From contig JAJQDL010000095.1 in the NCBI GenBank assembly GCA_021202235.1, forward strand, positions 1 through 41,974: a DNA stretch of 41,974 bases, written 5' to 3'. This document shows positions 35,023 to 41,974 of this stretch, piece by piece (position 1 is the first letter of the stretch; every line of letters begins with the position of its first letter). A program made the position numbers and the translations under genes. The notes below the pieces were generated by a model. That model was not told the origin of the DNA. It ran no database searches and worked only from the letters and a program-made list of their open reading frames with translations. The stretch is from Lachnospiraceae bacterium. GTDB taxonomy: Bacteria; Bacillota; Clostridia; Lachnospirales; Lachnospiraceae.

Positions 35023-36353
35023 CAGGAGGGGGAGCTGGTGATGTAATGCATCAGCTCCTCCTTTGTGTTGTATTCGGGATGAACCAGAACCAGCTCCAGC
35101 AGCTGCTCCAGAGTCTCCCCGATCTTTTTCCCGGGGCGGAAGCCGGCGGCGATAAGATCCTGCCCGGTGACGGCCAGATCCTTCAGACTGGTGCAGTCCC
35201 CCCGGGCGACGATCTTCGCGTATAGCGCTTCAGCCCGGTCGCAGCAGGGAAGGAGACGCTCCCTTCCGAGAGGACTCTTGGCGGCGGCATCGGCCCGGCG
35301 CAGGGTCAGAAGTCTGGGAAAATTCTCCGCACCTACCCGGTACATAGTGCGCCGCAGATCTTCCTCGCTCATGCCCAGCTTATAGTCGTGATAGCGAACC
35401 AGAAGAGTCACCAGACGGACCGTCCGGTTATCAAAGCGCAGATCCCGCAGGAAACGGCGGGCGAATCCGGCGCTGGCGACGGCGTGGCCGTGGAAATGAT
35501 CAATGCCTATTTCATCGACGGTGTGCGTGGACAGCTTTCCGACGTCGTGGAGCAGGGCGGCCCAGCGCAGCACCGGGTCGGCGGGAACCGCTTTCAGGGT
35601 CTCAATTGTATGAAGTCCCACACTGTAGCAGTGGTAGGGGTGATTCTGCGGCGTTTCCATCATCCGGTCGAATTCCGGAAAGAGGATGGCGGTGATCCCT
35701 GTCTCATACAGAGTGAGGAAACGCTCAGGGTGGGGGGAGAGCAGAAGCTTGTGGCATTCCACCTGAATCCGCTCCCGGCTGATGAGGGTCAGACGGGGGG
35801 CGAAGGCCCGGATGGCCGCCAGAGTCTCTTCTTCAATGGTGAAGTTCAGCTGTGCCGAGAAGCGGACCGCACGGAGGATGCGCAGCGCATCCTCCTGAAA
35901 GCGCTCCCGCGGATCTCCCACGGCCCGGATGACGCCGTGCGCAAGATCCGCCAGACCGCCGTGAAGATCGACGATGCCCTCCTCCGGGTGGTAGGCCATG
36001 GCATTGATCGTGAAATCCCGCCGTTTTAAATCCTCGGCCAGAGAGCGGGTGAAGGAGACCTGCTTCGGATGCCGTCCGTCTTCATAGACGCCGTCGACCC
36101 GGTAGGTGGTGACTTCGTAGCCGTTTCCACCCATGAGAACAGTCACAGTGCCGTGCTGAATGCCTGTATCTATGGTGCGGCGGAACAGAGCCTTGACCTC
36201 CTGCGGCGAGGCAGAGGTGGTGATATCCCAGTCCCCCGGTTCGCGGGCGAGAAGGGCGTCACGGACACAGCCGCCGACGATGTAGGCTTCGAATCCGGCT
36301 TCGCGAAGAATCCGGAGGATATTCTGTACCTGAGGAGGAAGTTCAATGTGCAT
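35022..36353 (-). CDS. cca: CCA-adding tRNA nucleotidyltransferase with HD domain
   Basis: Start set at MHIELPP. GGCVRD and RRDFTINAM are the pol-beta nucleotidyltransferase motifs. LHDVGK marks the C-terminal HD domain. Confidence 0.85.
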   Translation of the reverse strand: MHIELPPQVQNILRILREAGFEAYIVGGCVRDALLAREPGDWDITTSASPQEVKALFRRTIDTGIQHGTVTVLMGGNGYEVTTYRVDGVYEDGRHPKQVSFTRSLAEDLKRRDFTINAMAYHPEEGIVDLHGGLADLAHGVIRAVGDPRERFQEDALRILRAVRFSAQLNFTIEEETLAAIRAFAPRLTLISRERIQVECHKLLLSPHPERFLTLYETGITAILFPEFDRMMETPQNHPYHCYSVGLHTIETLKAVPADPVLRWAALLHDVGKLSTHTVDEIGIDHFHGHAVASAGFARRFLRDLRFDNRTVRLVTLLVRYHDYKLGMSEEDLRRTMYRVGAENFPRLLTLRRADAAAKSPLGRERLLPCCDRAEALYAKIVARGDCTSLKDLAVTGQDLIAAGFRPGKKIGETLEQLLELVLVHPEYNTKEELMHYITSSPS

Positions 36354-36614
36354 CTTGCGCTGCCTTTCTGTGATCAGTATGGTGCCCCGGCTCTCAAAAT
36401 CATGATTTCTGAGGCTCATGAAACCGCTCTGCATCGCAGAGAGTCGATGCCTGATTTTGATTCCGACATCGTCATCATACAAAATAAGGCTCTGTTTTTC
36501 AACCCCTCCCGGCGTTTTCGCTTCCTCTTTCCCCGGCGCATAAATGGCGGAGAGGGGTCATATGCTAGATTGTGACGGCAAAGGGAAACGGCGGAGCCGG
36601 TGGGAGGTCTGTGT

Positions 36615-37832
36615 GTGAACGAGCGGGAATGGGAAGTGTTGCAGCAGTACGAAATGCAGGTCAGGAAGATCACCCGGTTTCGAGGGGCCTTCCTCTGTGA
36701 GACCGGGCGGGAGCTTTATCTCCTGAAGGAGCGTGTTGTCCCGGAGGAGCGGCTGCAGTGGGAAGCGTGGATCCTGGACCGCTGCCGGGAATGCGGAGGC
36801 GTCCGGACAGAGACGTATGTGTGTAACCGGGAAGAAAGACTGTTGTCGCGCTCGTCCGACTACCGTTACTATCTGCTGCGCACCTGGCAGGAGGGACGGG
36901 AGTGCAGCCGGGACGAGAGGGAGGATGTTCTGCTCGCCGCCGAAGCTCTGGCGCGGCTGCATGAGATTTTTCGGCAGATGAAGGAAGATCTGGCTGCCTG
37001 GGAGATCACCTGGCGGCAGGAATGGGAGCAGATCCGGCAGGAGGAGCGGGAGGCCGCCCGTCAGCGGGAAGAGAAGCGGCGGGAGGAGAACGGCATCGGC
37101 CTGCGTACTGAGGAGGAAAATGACATCCCTGGTGCGACCGGAGGGCAGGAACTGTGTGGAGGCGATGCTCCGTGTCCGGCAGGGAATCCGGCGAAGAGAG
37201 GAAATGCAGGCAGTGAGACGACAGGTGGCATACCGGTATCTTCGTCTGCGGAGAACCGGACGGCTGCGGAAATGCACCGGCATACCCGGGAAATGACGCG
37301 GGCCCGGAACTTTATCCGCAGGATCCGGAGAAAATCCGAGCTGGAAATCGCTCTTTTAAGTGAATTCGCCGCTTACCTGCCTCAGGCGGAGGAGGCAGGT
37401 AAGCTTATGGAGGCGCTGGCCCCCGCAGAGGACGGCCTCTGTCATGGGGATTATGCCTGTCATCATCTCTTCCGGGGACGGGACGGACTCTTTCTCTCCG
37501 ATTTCGGCCGCCTTCATCACGGCGTCTATCAGGAGGACCTGTATCTGCTCCTGCGGAAAACGATGGAGAACAGCGGCTGGGATGCGGCGCTGGCGCGGGA
37601 AATGCTGACGCGCTACGACCGGATCTTCCCTCTGTCACAAGACGTTCTTTCCTATCTGTATCTGCGTTTCCTCTATCCGGAGAAATTCTGGAAGCAGGTG
37701 AATTTCTATTATAACCACCGCAAATCCTGGATGCCGGCCCGGAACCTGGAGAAGCTGCGCGCCATCGCCGCCCAGAAGGAAGGGCGGGAAGCGTTCCTGC
37801 GCTTTATGGAAGAAAATATTGGCCGGATGTGA
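36615..37832 (+). CDS. CotS-family spore-coat-type kinase-like protein with a charged low-complexity insert
   Basis: GTG at 36615 lies 7 nt after GGGAGG. The N-terminus (EVLQQYEMQVRKITRFRGAFLCETGRELYLLKE) and CHGDYACHHL are CotS/APH-like. A roughly 110-aa E/R/G-rich segment separates the lobes. Confidence 0.6.
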   Translation: MNEREWEVLQQYEMQVRKITRFRGAFLCETGRELYLLKERVVPEERLQWEAWILDRCRECGGVRTETYVCNREERLLSRSSDYRYYLLRTWQEGRECSRDEREDVLLAAEALARLHEIFRQMKEDLAAWEITWRQEWEQIRQEEREAARQREEKRREENGIGLRTEEENDIPGATGGQELCGGDAPCPAGNPAKRGNAGSETTGGIPVSSSAENRTAAEMHRHTREMTRARNFIRRIRRKSELEIALLSEFAAYLPQAEEAGKLMEALAPAEDGLCHGDYACHHLFRGRDGLFLSDFGRLHHGVYQEDLYLLLRKTMENSGWDAALAREMLTRYDRIFPLSQDVLSYLYLRFLYPEKFWKQVNFYYNHRKSWMPARNLEKLRAIAAQKEGREAFLRFMEENIGRM

Positions 37833-37854
37833 AGAAGATTTTCGGTGAGTCGTC

Positions 37855-37883
37855 TTTACTTTACCGCGAGAAAAAAGTATAAT
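37855..37883 (+). promoter_or_regulatory. Sigma-A promoter candidate upstream of the structured leader
   Basis: TTTACT (37855-37860), a 17-nt spacer, then TATAAT (37878-37883). Confidence 0.45.
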
Positions 37884-37899
37884 GTGACACAAGGGACAA

Positions 37900-38113
37900 A
37901 AGGTCAGGAATGGAACGCTTACACAAGGTACGCCCTTCGGGTGTGCGTTCCAATTCATGACCTTGGGGACCGCAACAACATGAAGAAGTAGCCATTTTGG
38001 CTAAAGCATTGGCCAAAATGAGCGGATTCTGAATGTTGTTAGGATTGCGGGAGCGCGAAGCGCGGAGCAATCCGTAGTGTCATATACGATAGCTCCCGGT
38101 CGTGCCGGGGGGA
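37900..38113 (+). promoter_or_regulatory. Highly structured leader or candidate ncRNA of unknown class upstream of the phosphoglucomutase gene
   Basis: Four consecutive hairpins. H1 (37900-37964) has 7+11+6 bp. H2 (37974-38040) has 8+4+9 bp. H3 (38042-38073) has a GGATTGC/GCAATCC stem. H4 (38093-38113) is CTCCCGG/CCGGGGGAG and overlaps the SD region. Confidence 0.35.
38038..38075 (+). repeat. Copy 2 of the conserved hairpin element
   Basis: It shares GTTAGGATTGCGGG and AGCAATCCGT with 32646-32684. The inner stem differs in sequence but is still self-complementary (GCGC-GAA-GCGC). Confidence 0.65.
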
Positions 38114-38129
38114 GAAGGAGGAACGTAAC

Positions 38130-39860
38130 ATGGGATACTTAGAGTCTTACCAGGAATGGCTGACGAACCCTTATTTTGATGCGGAGACCCGCGCGGAGCT
38201 GGCGGCCATCCGTGACGACGACAAGGAGATTAAGGAGCGCTTCTATGCGGATCTGGAATTCGGCACAGGCGGCCTGCGGGGCATCATCGGCGCCGGCACC
38301 AACCGCATGAACAAGTATGTGGTCCGTAAGGCGACCCAGGGCATGGCGAATTTTATCAAGAAGCAGGGCACGGAGGCCATGGGCGTGGCCATCGCGCACG
38401 ATTCCCGGAGGATGTCCACCGAATTTGCCGACGAGGCGGCTCTGACGCTGGCGGCCAACGGCATCCGTGCTTACGTGTTCGATACGCTGCGTCCGACGCC
38501 GGAGCTCTCCTTTGCGGTGCGCTATTACGGCTGCACGGCGGGCATCAATGTCACCGCCAGCCACAACCCGCCGGAGTACAACGGTTACAAGGCTTATTGG
38601 GCGGACGGCGCGCAGATCACGCCGCCTTACGACACCGGCATCATGGATGAGGTGAAGGCCGTGACCAACTACGCCGACTGCAAGACCATGGATAAGGCGG
38701 AAGCAAAGGCCGCGGGGCTCTATGTGACGATCAGCGTGGAGTGCGACGCAGCCTACATGCGTGAGCTGAAGAAGCAGATCAAGCGTCAGGACTGCATCGA
38801 TGCCGTCGGTAAGGATATCACCGTGGTGTACAATCCGCTGCACGGCGCGGGGAACGTCCCGGTGCGCCGGATCCTGGCGGAGATCGGTTTCCCGAACGTC
38901 TATGTCGTGCCGGAGCAGGAGCTGCCGGACGGAGATTTCCCTACGGTCAGCTATCCCAACCCCGAGGCCGCCGAGTGCTTCGAGCTGGCGCTGAAGCTGG
39001 CGAAGGAGAAGAACGCGGACCTGGTCCTGGCGACGGACCCCGACTCCGACCGTCTGGGCGTGTACGTGAAGGATGCGGCCGGAGAGTATCAGTGCCTCAC
39101 CGGAAATATGTCCGGCTGCCTGCTGGCGGATTATGAGATCAGCCAGTGGAAGGAGCAGAGGGGCCTGCCCGCGGACGGCGCTCTCATCAGCACCATCGTC
39201 AGCACCAATCTGGCCGGCGCCATCGCGAAGAAGTACGGCGTGGAATTTATCGAGACCCTGACCGGCTTCAAATACATCGGCGAGCAGATCAAGAAGTTCG
39301 AGGACACCGGCAAGGGCACCTTCCTCTTCGGTTTTGAGGAGAGCTATGGCTGCCTGATCGGCACCCATGCCCGCGACAAGGACGCCGTCGACGCAAGCAT
39401 GTCTCTTTGCGAGCCGGACGCCTACTATAAGACCCAGGGCAAGACGCTGTGGGATGCCATGCTCGACATCTACAACGAGCTGGGCTACTACAAGGACAAC
39501 ATCATCTCCATCACCCTGAAGGGGCTGGACGGCCTGGAGAAGATTCAGAAGATCATGTCCGTCCTGCGCGAGGAGGAGCCGAAGACTCTGGGAGCCTACC
39601 GCGTGCTGGCGAAGAGAGACTACAAGCTGGATACCGTGAAGGACATGGAGACCGGCGCAGTGACGGCGACGGGCCTGCCGAATTCCAACGTGCTCTACTA
39701 TGATCTGGAGGATAATGCCTGGTGCTGCGTGCGTCCTTCCGGCACCGAGCCCAAGATCAAGCTGTACTATGGCGTCAAGGGAAGCTCCTTCGAGGATGCC
39801 GCGGCCCGTTCCGAGGCACTGGGACAGGTTCTCTCCGACATGGTGAACGCCATCGACTAA
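38130..39860 (+). CDS. Phospho-sugar mutase (alpha-phosphoglucomutase/phosphomannomutase, PgcA-like)
   Basis: 576 aa with the active-site loop TASHNPPEYNGYK and the Mg-binding ATDPDSDRLG. GGAGAAGGAGG RBS. Confidence 0.9.
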   Translation: MGYLESYQEWLTNPYFDAETRAELAAIRDDDKEIKERFYADLEFGTGGLRGIIGAGTNRMNKYVVRKATQGMANFIKKQGTEAMGVAIAHDSRRMSTEFADEAALTLAANGIRAYVFDTLRPTPELSFAVRYYGCTAGINVTASHNPPEYNGYKAYWADGAQITPPYDTGIMDEVKAVTNYADCKTMDKAEAKAAGLYVTISVECDAAYMRELKKQIKRQDCIDAVGKDITVVYNPLHGAGNVPVRRILAEIGFPNVYVVPEQELPDGDFPTVSYPNPEAAECFELALKLAKEKNADLVLATDPDSDRLGVYVKDAAGEYQCLTGNMSGCLLADYEISQWKEQRGLPADGALISTIVSTNLAGAIAKKYGVEFIETLTGFKYIGEQIKKFEDTGKGTFLFGFEESYGCLIGTHARDKDAVDASMSLCEPDAYYKTQGKTLWDAMLDIYNELGYYKDNIISITLKGLDGLEKIQKIMSVLREEEPKTLGAYRVLAKRDYKLDTVKDMETGAVTATGLPNSNVLYYDLEDNAWCCVRPSGTEPKIKLYYGVKGSSFEDAAARSEALGQVLSDMVNAID

Positions 39861-39869
39861 GAGAAGTGC

Positions 39870-40589
39870 ATGAATACGATTTTGTTTGGCCTGGACGGGA
39901 CGCTGCTGCCCATGGATCAGGATACTTACGTAAGACAATACATCCGACTCCTGGCGGGGCACTTCGCATCCCTGGGTTATGACGCGAAGCGGGTGGCCGA
40001 CGGTCTGCTGCAGGCCACCCTCGCTTCTATGAAAAACGAGACGGAGCAGAACAACGAGGAAGTTTTCTGGTCTGTGTTCGGACAGGCGGCGTATCCGGAT
40101 CTCTGTGAGCATGAGCTGGAGCTGTACCAGTTCTACGCGGAGAAACACCCAACGCTCTGTACCGCTGTGACCCCCGGCAGAAATTCCAGACGTCCGGTGG
40201 ACATACTGCATGAGAAAGGCTACCGGCTGGTGCTGGCCACCAACCCGCTGTTCCCGCGGATGGCTACATATCAGCGGATGTCCTGGGCCGGACTGGCTCC
40301 GTCAGACTTCGTCTGTGTCACGACATTTGACAACAGCCGCCGCTGCAAGCCCAATCCGGCATACTTCACGGAGCTAACGGAGCAGCTGGGGCTGGCTCCG
40401 GCGGACTGCATGATGGTGGGAAACGACATCCGCGACGACATGGAGGCCGCCACGGCGGCGGGCCTGGAGACCTGGCTGATCACTGACTATCTGATCGACC
40501 GTAAGGGAGAAGGGCCTGGAGCCTGGCGTCACGGGACCTTTGAGGAATTCGTACAGTATGCGGAAGCGCTGCCGCCCTGCGAGGGCTGA
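39870..40589 (+). CDS. HAD-superfamily protein lacking the motif I nucleophile
   Basis: Motif I reads ILFGLDGTLL (Gly where the nucleophilic Asp is expected). Motif II VLATN, motif III KPNP and motif IV VGNDIRDD are present. Confidence 0.7.
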   Translation: MNTILFGLDGTLLPMDQDTYVRQYIRLLAGHFASLGYDAKRVADGLLQATLASMKNETEQNNEEVFWSVFGQAAYPDLCEHELELYQFYAEKHPTLCTAVTPGRNSRRPVDILHEKGYRLVLATNPLFPRMATYQRMSWAGLAPSDFVCVTTFDNSRRCKPNPAYFTELTEQLGLAPADCMMVGNDIRDDMEAATAAGLETWLITDYLIDRKGEGPGAWRHGTFEEFVQYAEALPPCEG

Positions 40590-40593
40590 TAAT

Positions 40594-40626
40594 AAAAACC
40601 TCTTCCTGATACAGGGAGAGGTTTTT
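40594..40626. terminator. Bidirectional Rho-independent terminator
   Basis: AAAAACCTCTTCC pairs with GGGAGAGGTTTTT, with A/T runs on both sides. Confidence 0.7.
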
Positions 40627-40633
40627 CATTGAC

Positions 40634-40723
40634 AAAAAACAGGAAAATATATGATGAATCCTGGAATTTCTTAAAAATGGGTTCGTGGGGAAGGTAACGG
40701 AGCTGATACGTTTCATTTGGCAT
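40634..40723 (-). pseudogene. ParE/RelE-type toxin N-terminal stub
   Basis: The ATG at 40723 overlaps the end of the antitoxin gene by 11 nt, a typical TA arrangement. MPNETYQLRYLPHEPIFKKFQDSSYIF resembles the start of ParE toxins. The frame then runs into the terminator and the 3' end of the HAD gene. Confidence 0.4.
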
Positions 40724-40973
40724 GGGCGGCTCTCCTTGCATCAGCAAATACTGTCTTATGAGATAACCGCTTGGCCGTATCTGCAGTCTGCCTGTCTGCT
40801 TCATCAAGTTTTATTTCAATATCATCTGTGAGAGCAGAATATTGTTCCAGACTCAGGACAACCATAGAACCATAACCATTCTTCGTTAAATAGACGGGCT
40901 GCCCTTCCCTGACCATATTCTCAATTTCAGGAAATTTATTCCTTAAGTCGGAAACCGGACGAATCTGAATCAT
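40713..40973 (-). CDS. Phd/YefM-family type II antitoxin
   Basis: MIQIRPVSDLRNKFPEIENMVREGQPVYLTKNGYGSMVVLSLEQY is the canonical Phd/YefM N-terminal domain. AGGAGG RBS. Confidence 0.8.
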   Translation of the reverse strand: MIQIRPVSDLRNKFPEIENMVREGQPVYLTKNGYGSMVVLSLEQYSALTDDIEIKLDEADRQTADTAKRLSHKTVFADARRAAHAK

Positions 40974-41123
40974 AGTAACACCTCCTGAATTTTATTATCG
41001 TTATTTTATCAAAAATTTATCAAAAACACACCAGGAAGATTATTCAAATACAGTGGCCAAAGAAGCTCTGAACCGCGGTTGCGGCGCTATTCCCTTTAAT
41101 AAACGACTTATGAAAATGGTCAG

Positions 41124-41149
41124 CGTGGGGAGAAAACGTGGGGAGAAAA
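41124..41149 (+). repeat. Perfect tandem duplication of a 13-mer (CGTGGGGAGAAAA x2)
   Basis: Read directly at 41124-41136 and 41137-41149. Confidence 0.9.
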
Positions 41150-41175
41150 TGCTCTGTATTGTAGCGTATGGTGCC

Positions 41176-41205
41176 TTGACGAGGAAAAAAACATTATGAT
41201 AAAAT
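41176..41205 (+). promoter_or_regulatory. Sigma-A promoter candidate with extended -10
   Basis: TTGACG, an 18-nt spacer ending in TGA, then TAAAAT. Confidence 0.5.
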
Positions 41206-41244
41206 ATGATGCATCACAGATTTTCATAAAAACAGAGGTGCGGG

Positions 41245-41310
41245 ATGAACTACAACACGAGAGAGCTTGAACGAAAATTTATGTCACTCAAATCATCACA
41301 TTCAAAATAA
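41245..41310 (+). CDS. Candidate 21-aa small ORF (MNYNTRELERKFMSLKSSHSK)
   Basis: GAGGTG lies 5 nt upstream of the ATG, downstream of the predicted promoter. It could equally be a gene remnant or non-coding. Confidence 0.2.
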   Translation: MNYNTRELERKFMSLKSSHSK

Positions 41311-41313
41311 CGC

Positions 41314-41342
41314 TTGATTTTCACCTCACAGTATCATATAAT
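41314..41342 (+). promoter_or_regulatory. Promoter candidate for abiEi
   Basis: TTGATT (41314-41319), a 17-nt spacer, then TATAAT (41337-41342). Confidence 0.55.
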
Positions 41343-41360
41343 GAGACTATGAGGTGAAAA
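41318..41360. promoter_or_regulatory. Perfect 11-bp inverted repeat bracketing the -10 box and covering the RBS (candidate AbiEi operator)
   Basis: TTTTCACCTCA (41318-41328) and TGAGGTGAAAA (41350-41360). Confidence 0.5.
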
Positions 41361-41361
41361 T

Positions 41362-41949
41362 ATGATCAAAACAACCGATATGTTGCTGGAGGAATTAAGC
41401 TGCTACGCCAATCCTAAGAGCAAACTTTCCCGTATGGTCAAGAAGGGGGAATGTTTCTCCATTACAAAGGGAATATATGAAACATGCCGGAATACACCAG
41501 CGTATCTGCTGGCGGGGAGCATTTATGGCCCGTCCTATATTTCCTTCGACTATGCGCTGAGTTATCATGGCCTGATTCCAGAGGCTGTATATACCGTCAC
41601 CTGCGCGACGTTTGAGAAGAAAAAGAAGAAGCGCTATGAAAACATCTTTGGAACCTTCACTTATCGGGATGTTCCGTCTACTGCGTTTCCGCTGGAACTG
41701 GCGCTAATACAAGAAGGCGACTATTTTTATCGAATTGCAAACCCGGAAAAAGCCCTATGCGACAAGTTGTACACTATGTCCCCGGTGGACAATGCCACCG
41801 AACTTGCGGAATTGCTATTTGAAGATCTGCGCATTGAGGAATCCGCCCTTTCAGAACTGGACACAGAGAAGGCCGAACGGTTGAGTGAGCACTATCATTC
41901 CACCAATGTGAAAAAGCTGGCGGCAATGCTGAGGAGGATGCGTAAATGA
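41362..41949 (+). CDS. abiEi: AbiEi-family antitoxin/transcriptional regulator (type IV TA, abortive infection)
   Basis: 195 aa. The N-terminal LSRMVKKGECFSITKGIYE (wHTH-like) and the later SYISFDYALSYHGLIPE pattern fit AbiEi/COG5340. A 4-nt ATGA overlap joins it to the next ORF. Confidence 0.75.
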   Translation: MIKTTDMLLEELSCYANPKSKLSRMVKKGECFSITKGIYETCRNTPAYLLAGSIYGPSYISFDYALSYHGLIPEAVYTVTCATFEKKKKKRYENIFGTFTYRDVPSTAFPLELALIQEGDYFYRIANPEKALCDKLYTMSPVDNATELAELLFEDLRIEESALSELDTEKAERLSEHYHSTNVKKLAAMLRRMRK

Positions 41950-41974
41950 ATGCTGCAATCGAACAGATGTTAAA
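41946..41974 (+). CDS. Start of the downstream partner, presumably an AbiEii nucleotidyltransferase toxin (cut by the window end)
   Basis: Only MNAAIEQML is visible. The assignment rests on operon logic alone. Confidence 0.4.

Noticed and set aside
37900-38075. Identification of the hairpin run as 6S RNA or SRP RNA
   Set aside because: 6S RNA needs one long rod with a central bubble, whereas this region folds into three independent local hairpins. The SRP domain IV motif (GGAA-type apical loop with symmetric AGCA/GGAA loops) is absent.

Overview
GC-rich, Gram-positive chromosomal window that looks like a sporulating Clostridia genome (inferred from AGGAGG-type RBSs, a T-box leader, a CotS-type kinase and an Etf-linked dehydrogenase). 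Most of it is core metabolism. In order: mtaD; a LysR regulator divergent from ahcY; lspA divergent from a very acidic trigger-factor-like lipoprotein; T-box-controlled metG; a YibE/F membrane protein interrupted by an in-frame TAG; a secreted metallophosphoesterase with three Big_2 repeats. Next comes an etfB-etfA-glcD-like operon ending in a YkvI-type permease (a lactate dehydrogenase/Etf-type cluster). This is followed by a PDZ-less HtrA-type protease, a small alarmone synthetase and galK. An AraR-led arabinose locus follows, with a YtfQRT-YjfF-type ABC importer, an FGGY kinase, araA and araD. The window ends with cca, a CotS-like kinase, a phosphoglucomutase and a HAD protein. Short AT-rich accessory patches interrupt this backbone. 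At the left edge are a split DUF1016 nuclease gene and a truncated phage tail gene. At 3.2-4.3 kb are stubs of a serine recombinase, a pilin and a class C sortase. At 22.6-23.2 kb is a toxin-first RelE pair. At the right edge are an orphan Phd antitoxin with a ParE stub, then the start of an AbiE (AbiEi/AbiEii) module cut by the window end. I found no CRISPR array, tRNA or rRNA gene, and no convincing large multi-gene novel system. The best leads are four. First, a roughly 215-nt run of stable hairpins upstream of the phosphoglucomutase gene; one hairpin recurs upstream of araA. Second, the toxin-first RelE pair with an unclassifiable acidic partner. Third, the Etf/dehydrogenase operon carrying a YkvI-family permease instead of LctP. 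Fourth, the amber-interrupted YibE/F gene next to an unusually short T-box leader. All family assignments come from reading motifs by eye and need database confirmation.
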